A stretch of 64,000 nucleotides of DNA from contig NC_089432.1 in the NCBI RefSeq assembly GCF_026210795.1, positions 2,418,001 to 2,482,000 on the forward strand, read 5' to 3'. The translations under genes were made by a program, and so were the position numbers. Position 1 is the stretch's first letter, and the number at the start of each line of letters is the position of its first letter. Shown here in pieces: positions 51,506-64,000 of this stretch. The DNA comes from Rhizophagus irregularis (taxonomy: Eukaryota). The notes beneath the pieces were generated by a model, which was not told where the DNA came from, made no database searches, and saw nothing but the letters and a program-made list of their open reading frames with translations.

Positions 51506-53967
51506 TTATAATATTACTAAACTAAAACTGTTGTCAAGCATCTCCTTCAATTTCATCAAATAGTTACGTTATTGTAACGATCAATAAATTAAAAGCTATT
51601 ACTAATCAATCTATCATTTGGGGCCATAATTAACAAATTTTTATTTTAGAATTATTAAATTTAATAATACAGTCGTTCCAGGGCCTCCGAACTATTTTTA
51701 TTTAAAATTACTTGATTTAATAACAATAAATAGTCAGTTGGGTACATAATTATTAATTACCGTATAGAACTGCCTAAAGTACTCCAAGTCTAAATTAATT
51801 TAAATTTAAAAAAAAAGTAGTTAAAAAAAAAAATGAAAATGAAAGATGATTAATAAGAAAATCAAACTTTTTTGTTAACATTATCTCATTAGTAAAAAAA
51901 AATATACACACATGACTATAATAGCAAACCAAATTATTAATCTATAGTAAATAACATGTCACGCAATTCAAATTATTTATAAGGAGGGTAATCCAAATAA
52001 ATATCACTGGGTAATCCAAATATCACCGGAGTTTTTTTAGTTATAATATATGTCCCCTTTATTCTTACAGTATGCGGAAATTTGTTTTGCTGAAGATAGT
52101 AATAAATAATATTTGCAAAAAAAAATTATAAAAATAAATGTATTTACTTAATGTCTCAAAAAAAATACAATGAAGATACTTGTACAACAGTATTTAATCA
52201 GCAAACAGAATAGATTTATTTAATTTAATAATCTCATGTCAAAATTTTCTTTAAGTTAAATATAAAAAAAAATTTCAGATTTAGCGATTTTTTAACCAAT
52301 TTACTAAAATTCAGCGTATAAAACGAAATAAAAGTTGACATAACACCAATCGACACTTTGCTATTACCACTGTTTTTAATTTAGCCCCTAATTGTGTAAC
52401 CAATGCAAATTTCCCGATTTCCTCCATTTTTTTCAATTGCTTTTAATAAAAGTTTCTTGTTAAGTTTATTTTTTGCAAATTTTCCATGATTTTATAAACA
52501 TTTTATGACAATCTATATACTTGCAAAGTTATAAGTATGATATTTACCAGGTAAGAGTTGGTTTTCAAGTTATGAAGTTTTACAGATTTCCTTCGGGTTT
52601 CTTTTTATGCAAAAATTGTCTTAAACCTATTAAAATTTAGCATAGATATAATTCGTTAATGTTGCAACTGTCGAACATTTGTAGATCCTATATACTATTA
52701 AATTTTTATTTTTATTTTTATTACCCAAGGTATACTAAGTGTCAGTACAAATTATATATATACTATTAAAATCCATTACGTTATACTGTATGTAGGTGGT
52801 AGTCACACCACGTTTTTTAAAAAATAAGTTTATTTTTCTAAATCTTTAGCCTCTTGCGTGTTAGATTCAAGTGTCAGATCCCATAGATCTCGTTAACTAC
52901 AGGAAATGAATGAAGAAACCTTATAAAAACCTTTTATTAAACATTTTGTTTATGATAAGTTTGCTTTCTTAATTTAATACCTAAAACGTTAGCAGTTAAA
53001 ATTTAAAAACACAAATTTCCATTCATTAATAAATAATTTAGAACTTATAAAGTTATTCATTATTAATGTCTATTTGTTTTATTATAGGTTTTATGAGCCA
53101 AACTGAATATTTTATATTATTTATATAATAATAAGGTCATGTATCCCTAAATAATTATAGCTATAGATAGACATATTGAATTATTATGATTCTATATTTG
53201 TTAGAAAGAGTTTTGTTCGCTCTTTTATAGAAATCAAAGATTGTTCAAATTGAATCACAAGAAGCTTAGATATTAATTTTTAAATATAAATTATTAATTA
53301 ATTAATTTCTTGTTATTCTATGATTTATTTTAGATTATTCTTATGCTGTAAGAATGGATATAGTTTCTTTTTATTGGTTATTAGTCACTGAAGAGTTTTG
53401 TCGTTTCAAAAATTATAAATTTAAAAAAGAATGAAAGTCAATGAATAGTCACGTGATCTGAATTTCATAGTTTATTGGCTAATCAATGTCGATCATCACA
53501 TGAAATTAAACCAATGAATGGATTTTTAATTTATACTATAATTATGTATATTTAAATGGTTATATGTATAGTCATGTCAGATTAAAATAACTTTAAAGTA
53601 TTAGGATAAGCTTTGTTTGTTCTTTTAGAATATTAAAAATTATTTAAGTGCCGGTCCTTATATGATCGACATAAAATTATTATGCAGATCCGGGGGGAAT
53701 TTACTATGAAAAACTATGATATACAAATAATTGTCAACAATACCGATAAGGAAAACCCCAAATGTTGTGTAAACAGACACAAAAAAAATCACATTACTCT
53801 GTTCTTCATAGCCCGTTCAAACAATATATATATAAAAAAAAATACTCTCTTTATTATTTAAAACGCACTTATAGTACGGTCGACGTTGGATTTTGGTATA
53901 AAGAAGTATATTACTAGTAAAATTGCAATTTCTAAAATTTATTACAACCAAACCAAAAACCCATTAT

Positions 53968-56900
53968 TCATGTATTTTTTGAAGATTCTGCTTCTTCCAA
54001 AGCACGAAGTGAAGCAGAAGCTTTAAAAGTTCTAGTATAATTTGCAATCCAGTTTTGAATGGTTTGAACTTTTGGAATATCATTTTCTTCTATTTCTTCT
54101 TGTGACGCACGTTCTGTAAGATTATCATACATTTCTTGTGCGGACATTTTCTTTCTTTTGTCAATATTTCCATTCAAAAACATTGTTTCCATTAGCGCTT
54201 TAATTTCTGGTTTTATTCTTTTTACCGTTCCTCGCTGATTTATTATTTGTTTTTCTTTTAGTGCCCACCCCGCAAAGAAGATACCACGTCTATAAATGAA
54301 TAAATATTAACAAATTGACCAATGGCAAGAAAATATCACAATGTATTATAAAACTTACATTGTGTTTTGTTGTGTATTTTCTTTATTTGTGAGGTCAACC
54401 AAATCCAAATCAACAGAAGAAATTATGATCTAATTGGGAATTGGGTTAATATTTGTACAGTAAATAAAGGGATTGTAAGTATTTACCGTATTTATTTTCT
54501 GATTATTGTTTTGGATATTATTTATTTCTGATGCTAATAAAAAAGTATTGGAAATTTAAGATTAGAGTTCAAAATTAACAAAAATACGATCAATAACTTA
54601 CAAATTGGTCTTAATATTGGAGTTACCCATTGATTAGTTGCTTTAGAAGGAGTAGTAAAACTAGGATTTGGTTTTGTAGTTGGAGTTTTTTCCAACTTTT
54701 TTATTTTCGCTGGCGTAATCGTTGTCCATTCATTTATATGAGGTAAGGCACGTGCAAGTATATGACCTGCATTAGGACCATCAACTGGCCAAGACCATTC
54801 ATTCCAATTATTTATACCAGCTATAGTTCCGATCTTTGTTTTTTTGTCTATTCAAAAAAATTGTATCAAAAATTCAATCTAATATCTAAAAAATCAATAT
54901 ATTTTTTTTTAATTCTTACCAAATTCACGATCAGGTGTCAGTTGTGAAATGCGAGCTCCTGAAATATTCTGTATTGCTTTTTGAATATCTTCTCCATCAG
55001 TAATATTCAATCCAAGTCGTACATAACGTTTTATTGCTTGTGAAATCTACAAAAATAAAATAATGTAAGTAATAAAAAAAATAATTTTCTTCAAGTTTTA
55101 CATTACTTGAGCATGATGGGAATCTATTGATGTTTTGGCTTCTCCAGCCTCTAAGAATATCCACCGTCTCACTTCTACGTTGTACCAATCATACCAATAA
55201 GAAAGGATGATCATCAGTTGTGTATTGTGATAATGTGGACCATTATCAGAAATAATCGTTATCCATTTAGGTTTTTGTTCAAGATTTTCTATTACAGCAT
55301 GGAGAGAAGAGGCAGTGAACCAAGCATCTTGCTTGGTGTCATCAGACCAGTGATCGAATGCTTCAATATTCATAGTTTGTGTACCTTTGATTTTTTGATA
55401 CACAAGAACTGAATGCAAAGTCCATCCGCGTTTTCCAAAAAATTCAGATTTTGTCTCACGAGAAGTTTGTGGAAGAATTCTCATCTTATAATCAACAATA
55501 AGGACTGCACCTTCATCATCCAACTCTTGAAGTCTAATATTAAATTGTGAATTTAGGTAAAATTTTCTTATAAGGTGAGATAACCAGAATATTAGTTGCT
55601 TTAGTTTAATATTCAAAAATTCGTGATGCTCGGCTGATAATTGTTTTTTTAACAGCTCAAAGATGAAAAATAATTTATTGCATTGTGAACATGCATCAGT
55701 ATGTGATTCTGAACATATTCCAAAAGCATGAATTAAGCAATGACAGATACAAGGATTGTGTTTTGGTTTTCCGGTAATATCAACTTTCAACTCTTTTTCA
55801 AAATCCTTTCTGAGATATCGTCGAAGAATCTGTAATTGTTTACATAAATCGTTCTTTTTTCAAATAATAGACGCTATTATTATTATTATAACGTGATAAT
55901 TACAAAGGTACATGAAATATTTACCTTCAATTGCGTATTTACAATATTATTTTCTATCAATTTTTCAAGATCTAAAAATACCTCATAAAAATTTTCATTG
56001 CATATTGAACACAGTCCCCCTAAATTTCCTTATAGACAAATCTACCACTTTCCAATCGTGTCATAAAGGATGTACGTCCCATACCATTAGGATAAAGTTC
56101 TGTGAACTTTTCCCATAAAGATTTTTTATTATTCTGCAGGTACAAGATAGGTAATCCACTTTCATTATCCGTCTTATAGGATGACATGTTTACATTATTT
56201 TTATCAGAAAAAAAAGAGTCAAATTGATCTAATTTTTCTTGTGATAATCTCATACGATGTGTGACAGGCTTCAACATCGGAGGGCAGCCGTAACCACATA
56301 ATCGTGAATGTCGCTTTGCATCAATTATTGTGTGACTTCCAACCTATGATTTATAATAGGTGCATGGTGTAACAAAAAAAAATCATACGATCTTAATTTT
56401 TTTGAATAATTTTTTCAAATAATTTTTTTTTTCGAATAATTTTTTTGAATAATTTTTTCAAATAATTTTTTTTTCGGATAATTTTTTCAAATAATTTTTT
56501 TTTGAATAATTTTTTTCAAATTATAATCTCATTTTATTATCAAATAATAAATCAAATAATATATTTTTTCTAATATTTATACATAAAATCTATTCAAAAT
56601 GTTTTTGTTTCTATGAACGTATATATATTTCTAAAATCTATATTTCTATGAATGTATGTATATTTCTATGAATGTATAAGTCTATATTCTATGAATGTAT
56701 ATAGTCTATATTCTATGAATGTATAAGTCTATATTTCTATGAACGGATAAGTCTATCAAAAATGTTTGTATTTCTATGAATGTATAAAATAAAATCTAAA
56801 TAGATAAAAATTGGGCTAAATCCTTTCTGTTTGTAAGTGTGCTTTTGTTGTTATTATATTACACTTACCTTCAGGTTTTTTTCAAGTTGGGAGTATGTGA

Positions 56901-58285
56901 ATTGATCAGCAATTATAGATATAACCCTACGCTTACCATCATGGGTTTTTTTATTTTCTTTTATAGCACGATCAAAACAATACCAAAATTTTTTTGTCGA
57001 ATTTGGCATATGAATGGGTGTTGATACAAGAAAGCCCATTTTGTAAAGATTTGAAATTGTATCACTATCTTTTATAGGATTAGAGGCTCGCGTCCAGAAC
57101 TGAAACTTTTTATAATAAAGTTAGTATGCAGATTGAATTATCTCTTTTATATATCAAATACAAAAAACTAACCTTTGATTCATCAGAATTGAAAGGAGTG
57201 ATCAGATGAGCACCAGCCGCTTTTAGCAAAGCTCGCCATGCACGCAATTCCCTATCCCCAAATTTATGACGTTTTGGATAAATTTTTTTCAGATTTGAAT
57301 AAAGCTCAAAAATATCACTATCTTGTTTTCCCCAATGACACTACTAGAAAACAATATAAAATTTCGGTAGGTTAATTAATGTTATGAATTGTTAATTTTT
57401 GACAGTGCATGTTCCATTTAAGTCTTTAAGATAACCTATATCAAAAATTGTATACCAATTAATCTTTGAAATAGTTCGTCTCTTTAGATGATATTCAAAT
57501 AATTTTGACATCAGAGACAGATTACCCCAATTACTAGGCGTGCATGTGGGAACATGATGCACGCGTAATGAATTTTGTGTTTTTTGATCTTTGAGACCAT
57601 AAAGTTCGCTCCCATCATACTTTTCCATAAACCATGATTTGCGCCAAACTTCACTTGGTGTAGAGCCACGAATTATTTTTATTTTTTGTGCTTGTTGATA
57701 GATTTCAATAATACATTCATTATCAACAATTCTTGAAACAAATAACGCTTGTTTCTTATTGTAAAAGTGAAGGAGAGATGATGAATAGCCTGAACCAGCA
57801 TTATGCCACTCGGGATGAGATGATACCCCTAAGTCATGTATAAAAATTTTATATTTATCAATTGTAATTTGAAATGGAATAAATCTAAAACCACGAGATA
57901 TTTCTTCTATTATTTTTGGATCGTTTTGTCCTATTATTGTTGGTCCCGAAAATTTAGTTGAGTTATGAAAAATTTCATTATATAAAGAGCTAATAGCTCT
58001 AGTAGGAGAGGTTTCTATTTTCCCAGAAAATGAACCTGAACTACAAAAATATCCAGGCTGTCTAGGGTGTTCTGAATTTCCAAGAACCACTGAAACTATA
58101 AACTCCCGATTATTGCGAAAAACACGAGTCTTCTGACCCAAGCGAATAGGAAAAAAAATATGTTCGTTACTATCATTTGTAGATCGGGAACTCCACCAGT
58201 AACGGGCAAATGGTCCATAGTGTAAATTTTCATTAATAGTGCCTGGTGTTAACAATGTAACTGGAACTTCAAGGTGTTTTGCCAT
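53968..58285 (-). pseudogene. Large multi-exon DDD/E transposase (Sola-like); frameshift near 56020 and insertion near 57339-57437
   Basis: VDYKMRILP...FFGKRGWTLH, DDTKQD, ISDNGPHYHN, FLEAGEAKTSIDSHHA; upstream Cys/His cluster; C-terminal helical segment (QTIQNWI). Confidence 0.7.
56395..56790. repeat. Intronic low-complexity tandem repeats in the Sola-like gene
   Basis: (aataatttttt..aa)n at 56395-56520 and (tatttctatgaatgtataagtc)n at 56610-56790. Confidence 0.7.
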
Positions 58286-59643
58286 TATTTTTGTGAAAGT
58301 AAGAAGTCAACAGCAGATTTTAAACGCGACCTTTATTACTATGAGATTATCCCCGAATGTTATTATTATCGATATTAATAATCAATGTCGATCATAACCG
58401 GATTAGCACTTAAATTGAATCACAGGAAACAGTTATTAAACTTTAAAATTATACTTTTTTTCTTTTTTTTTGTTCAACGTGAAAAATCTGAAGACCTGAT
58501 TTCCTATGATGAAATAATGAAAATTAGAAAGGTCGCACTAAGTTGAAAACAGCGATAAATAATTCAAGCTTAAAAATAAAAAAAAAATTCACATCATTTT
58601 AAAGTGATTTAATTATTTCTTGATAGTTTAAGATAAAATCCGTTATTTTACAAGATTCTAATTTGTATATTCAATAAGTAAATTCTATTATATTCCAAAT
58701 AGAATTGATTGATAATGTTAAATTCGTAGTCTCCGAACCAGTGAACATTTTGGGAAATCGTTTTGCAAATTAATTACCCTTAAATGGCTTTTGAACTAAT
58801 TTGCCCAGAAATTTTTTTTTAAATGTTATAGAATAATGTTCCGAATGATAAAATTTGCGTCATCATATTAGTTGATTAACATATACTTGCTAATTAAGGT
58901 TACGATGTTATACAAATTGGTGATATTAGCGTGATAAACTAGCCAAAATTTGTATTACAACCCCAATTGCTTAAAATTGAGAGAATCAAGGTTCGGCAAA
59001 ATTATTATATTGTATGATTAGAAATTTTTTCTTTAGTGACGCTGGATTCCAGCCTTTAAAAACACTATATTATTCAATTACAGGAAGTGTACCGATCACA
59101 AACTTAATATTTTTTATTAAAATATTATTTATAGGTTGGTAAATAATTTATTTTAAAAGGCATGATAAACAAAAAAAAAATATAAAATATTAAATTATTT
59201 ATTTCTATCGATCACAGGCTGACTAGCTTATTGTACCATGTTTTACTTATATTGAGCGGTATATCTAATTTTGAATGGTAGATACTTTTGGAATGTCAGT
59301 TTCTTCCAAACTACCTTTCTTTAATAAGTTCATATCACATTTCCTGCCTGCTATCATATCTATTGCTTTTATCTAAATTTGCTGCTAATTAATTTACAAA
59401 GATAATTCCTGAAATATAATAGTAGAATTCACCGGTTGGAAATAGGTCACCAACTAATATTTTTCTTTCTTAAGCTTTGTTAAAGAAATTTAGAAATTCT
59501 GATTGTGCTGAACTTTATTAACCGCAGTCCTGCATGCTGAAGATCAGTGAAATTTCGACATAAATAGTTTACAAAAGAAAAAAAATATTTTATTTTCAAA
59601 ACGTAAAACTAAATTCTGCTGCAACATTATTGTATACCCAACA

Positions 59644-62307
59644 ATGTCTAATAACGCTGAACTTACCAAAAATTCAAATGAGTATAATTGGATTGAAGAT
59701 GCAATTTCTAAAAAACTTATTAAATATTATGAATTTGAACAATTTTGCGATCTGCAAGAAATTGGTTTCGGAGGTTTTGGAAAAGTTTATCGTGCAAGTT
59801 GGAAGAATTATTACAAACAATGTGCACTAAAATCCTTTTTTAATTTCAATGACTCTACAGTTAAAGGAATTGCCCGTGAGGTAATTTTAATATCGAACAT
59901 ATTTCAATTTATATATGTACATTTCTATTATTAACAAACTTCTATTTATTGCTTAGATTCAACTTCAGCGCGAAGTTGATTTTCATAATAACATAATCCG
60001 TTTTTATGGTGTCACAACTTCTAGTAAAGGTATCAAAAATTTTAGTAATAATATTTTTTTTTTATATTAAATAAACTAACTTGTAAATTTTTCTTTTTTA
60101 AAAGAAAATCAAAGAAAAAAGTATATGTTAGTAATGGAATATGCCGACAATGGTACCCTCCGAAAATATTTGAAAGAAAATTTGGAAAAACTCACTTGGA
60201 ATGATAAATTCAATCTTGCATTCCAACTGGTTTGCGCAGTATCATGCTTACATAACGAAGGGATCATGCACCGCGATTTGGTAATTAATTTACATCTTAT
60301 TATGATTTACGTAGTGTATTTTAGCAATTAGCTCATCTTAATTTAATTATTTTAATTTAATGTAATTGAATAGCACTCCAATAATATATTAGTTCATCAG
60401 AATACTGTCAAGCTAGCAGATTTTGGCTTATCAAAAAGAATTGAAGAAATACCCAACTCTCAATCAAAAACATTTGGATTAATTCCATATGTTGATCCAA
60501 AAAGTTTTAATAGTAGTACAACAGAATTATATGTATTAAATAAAAAAAGTGATGTTTATAGCATTGGCGTATTGTTATGGGAAATATCCAGTTGCCAGCC
60601 TTCTTTTCACGGTAAACCATATGATGTTGGTTTAGCTTTAAGTATTTTACAAGGCCTTAGAGAAACACCCACTCATGATACACCTAAAGAATATATTAAA
60701 ATTTATATTGGTATGTATAAAATTACATTTATATGATCTAAATCATATAATTCTAATTAATTGAAGATAATTTTCTGTAGATTGTTGGAATTTTGAACCT
60801 GATAATCGTCCAACTATTGATCAGGTAGTTGAAGAATTAAAAGTACTCATAACGAAAGAAAACGTAATTATAAAAGATTTTCACTTATATAATAATACCA
60901 ATAATACTCTGTCATCAAATAACCATCAACTTTCTAATTCAACTGTTAAAATTTCTGAAAGTACTAATTCATTAAACGGAGAATTACAATTTATTCCGAA
61001 TACAAAAGATATAGAATCTTTAATGTCATCAAGTAACCAGTTTGAGAATAACTTTGATACAATAGTTATTAATACTATGTTCAATCTTTTTAATGATAGT
61101 GATGAAATAGGGAAGAAAAAGGTCTTAAGTTATCTCAATGAACAAAGTATAACTTTGCAATAGATCAATAATTTATTATTAAATAATCAAAATAACTCGC
61201 ATTCTATTTACTTGGAAAATTTAACAATTTAGGAATTGGAATCAGTGTTGATAATAAAAAAGCATTCAAGTTATATCAAAAAGCAGCAGATTTAGGAAAT
61301 TCACATGGAACAAATAATTTAGGGAATTGTTATCAATATGGAATTGGAACTGATATTGATAATAAAAAGCATTTGAATTGTATCAAAAGGTTGCAGATTT
61401 AGGAAATTCTTATGGAATAAATAGTTTAGGAGATTGTTATCAAAATGGAATTGGTACTGATATTGATTATCAAAAAGCATTTAAATTATATCAAAAGGCA
61501 GCAGATTTAGGAAATGAATTTGGGATAAATAGTATAGGATATTGTTATCAAAATGGATTTGGTACTGATATTGATAATAAAAAAGCATTTGAATTATATC
61601 AAAAGGCATCGGATTTAGGAAATTCATATGGAATAAATAATTTAGGACAAAGTTATCAAAATGGAATTGGAATTGATATTGATAATAAAAAAGCATTTAA
61701 ATTATATCAAAAGGCAACAGATTTAGGAAATTCATATGGAATAAATAATTTAGGAAATTGTTATCAAAATGGAATTGGAATTGATATTGATAATAAAAAA
61801 GCATTTAAATTATATCAAAAGGCAGCAGATTTAGGAAATTCATATGGAATAAATAATTTAGGAAATTGTTATCAATATGGAATTGAAATTAATATTGATA
61901 ATAAAAAAGCATTTGAATTATATCAAAAGGCATCAGATTTAGGAAATTCTTATGGAATAAATAGTTTAGGAGATTGTTATGAAAATGGAATTGGAACTGA
62001 TATTGATAAGAAAAAAGCATTTGAATTATATCAAAAGGCAGCAGATTTAGAAAATACATTTGGAATAACCAACCTAGGAAATTGTTATCTTAATGGAATT
62101 GGGACTGGTATTGATTATCAAAAGGCATTTGAATTATATGAAAAGGTATCAAATTTAGGGATGAGTGTAGCTCAATATAATCTTGCTATGATGTATGAGA
62201 ATGGAAAAGGAACTGTGAAAAATATAAATAAAGCAATTTATTGGTACAAAAAATCTGCTGAACAAGGAAATCAAGTTGCTCTAAATAAATTAGAGGAGCT
62301 TAAATAG
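59644..62307 (+). pseudogene. Gene E: TKL kinase + ~10 SEL1 repeats, recent paralog of D
   Basis: Exon 1 differs from D by 2 aa. TAG at 61161 (GAG in D), 4-bp deletion near 61210, A-run frameshift near 61365. Confidence 0.9.
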
Positions 62308-63676
62308 AAAATAAAGAATAATTCATGTAAAAGTAAATTAAGAATATTTGATTAAATATTTAAATAAAATAGCACATAACTAGTAAACCATTATTTTTTA
62401 AATATTATTAAATTGCCATCTAATATTTTTAAATTAAAATTTATTAATAAAAATTTTTCATTTACAAGGTATGGTGCCAGAAGTCTATACTTGACAATAA
62501 AAATATAACACTTAAAAATCTTCAACTCCTTAAAAAAAAAATACAATTTAGAAAAAATAAATTGGTAACTATATTCTTTGAGGTAAGCTCTATCAAATTA
62601 TCGGTCAGATTTTTAAAAGAAGATCTACGTAAAAAGTTATAAGCATTTGAAATTGCATGATTTTCATATGATCGGCCCAAGTTTGAAACAAAATATGTTG
62701 GCAGAACTTGTGATAATTTGGGCCGACTCTATGCATTGTGATAATGCCAGCTCGAATTATCATAATATGAATCAAATGTAATTTTTTTAAAAAAAAATTT
62801 TTTATCAATGTATAGCTTTTATGAAGTGGTAGTTGCGATTTATTTCCGAAATCTACTTTTTCTTATGTTTTATCTTGTTTGTAATAAAAAATTTTCAAAA
62901 ACCGCATTTCATTAGTACTTTACACAAGAAATCCCGGATCACATGATATAGAATCGGCTCAGAAAATTGACCGTATAGACTTCCGGAACAATTTATGTGC
63001 TAATTACTATCTACCTATTTATTGTGCCAAGAAATTAGTATTAATTAAACAATAATTTAATCTATTATTATAATATTACTAGACTAAAGCTGTTCTCAAG
63101 CATCTCCTTCAATTTCATCAAATAGTTACGTTATTGTCACAATCAATAAATTGAAACGATGATTGAGCAATTGAAGGTCATTGAAGAAAAGTGGTTACTA
63201 ATCAATCTATCATTAGGGGCCCTAATTAACCAATTTTTATTTTAGAATTATTAAATTTAACAATAAATACAGTCGTTCCAGGGCCTCGGAACTATTATTA
63301 TTTAAAATTACTCGATTTAATAGCAACAATAAATAGTCAGTTGAGTACATTTTATATCATAATTATTAATTACCTTATAAAACTGCCTAAAGTATTCAAG
63401 GTCTAACAATTTAAATTGAATTATACCAGCAGGGAGGGTATTGATATTATACTATGGGCAGTATATTTCAAGGGAGATAGTACGCTACACAGCCAATATA
63501 CCGAACAATTAATCAGAGTCGTTATTTATTGATCTATTTAAATGACGCTTTATTAGCAAATAAATACAATATCCATAAACGAAATTTTATTGATTAATGG
63601 TTGGTCTTAATCAAAAAAAAATTTTTTACGTCAAATGGTTCTGCCATGTAAAGAGAAAATTTAGGAGAGCATAGTA

Positions 63677-63872
63677 AACATGTAGTGTATGGTTGGCTAT
63701 GTATGTAGGGTATGGTTAAACATCACATATAAAATGATCACGTGACCATACGTGTTACAAAATAGAACGGTCTAGGCCTTTCTATATTTGGTAATAAACA
63801 ATGTAGATCTGTATGGAACGCGTGTGAAATTTTGCATACCCTACATACATAGGTATCCATACAATACATGTT
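63677..63872. mobile_element. MITE
   Basis: ~38-bp TIR aacatgtagtgtatggttggctatgtatgtagggtatg / cataccctacatacataggtatccatacaatacatgtt; flanks atagta/atcgta. Confidence 0.7.
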
Positions 63873-64000
63873 ATCGTAACACCCAAAATGTTTTTTAGCG
63901 ATAAAATACTCAGTTATTATAATGAGAATATGCCAAGGGGAAGTTTTTTAGTCAGTGCTATACGGTAACTGTTTCTGAGGAAGAAGCTATTAGGAAACAT

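Larger units (their letters stand above)
53648..58409 (-). mobile_element. TTAA-specific DNA transposon, Sola-like
   Basis: TTAA on both sides; 25-bp imperfect TIR gtgccggtccttatatgatcgacat versus gtgctaatccggttatgatcgacat. Confidence 0.8.

Overview
AT-rich, intron-containing eukaryotic DNA whose gene content (HRDLH-type tyrosine-kinase-like kinase + Sel1-like-repeat genes, dense transposons) resembles an arbuscular mycorrhizal fungus (Glomeromycotina, Rhizophagus-like); the organism is an inference. The backbone is a head-to-tail cluster of five + strand kinase-SEL1 genes. A (5586-10777), B (21113-24765), D (41221-51110) and E (59644-62307) carry highly homogenised 108-bp SEL1 arrays of different lengths (about 9, 19, 20 and 10 units), with variation concentrated on one helix face. 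All four are damaged by stops, frameshifts or insertions. C (29942-33040) is the only uninterrupted copy and is a predicted pseudokinase with divergent repeats. Between and inside these genes lie DNA transposons with readable ends: a CCCTA-terminated CACTA/EnSpm family (one transposase-coding copy, one deletion derivative, two ~100-bp MITEs), a DD34E IS630/Tc1-like transposase paired with a SAM-domain gene next to a CACTA-like end, a pogo element with a nested 9-bp-TSD element, hAT and IS3EU-type MITEs, a TTAA-specific Sola-like element, a 151-bp Helitron-like insertion and a LINE 3' fragment. Some frameshifts lie in A-runs and could be sequencing errors. Exon boundaries and repeat counts were read by eye.
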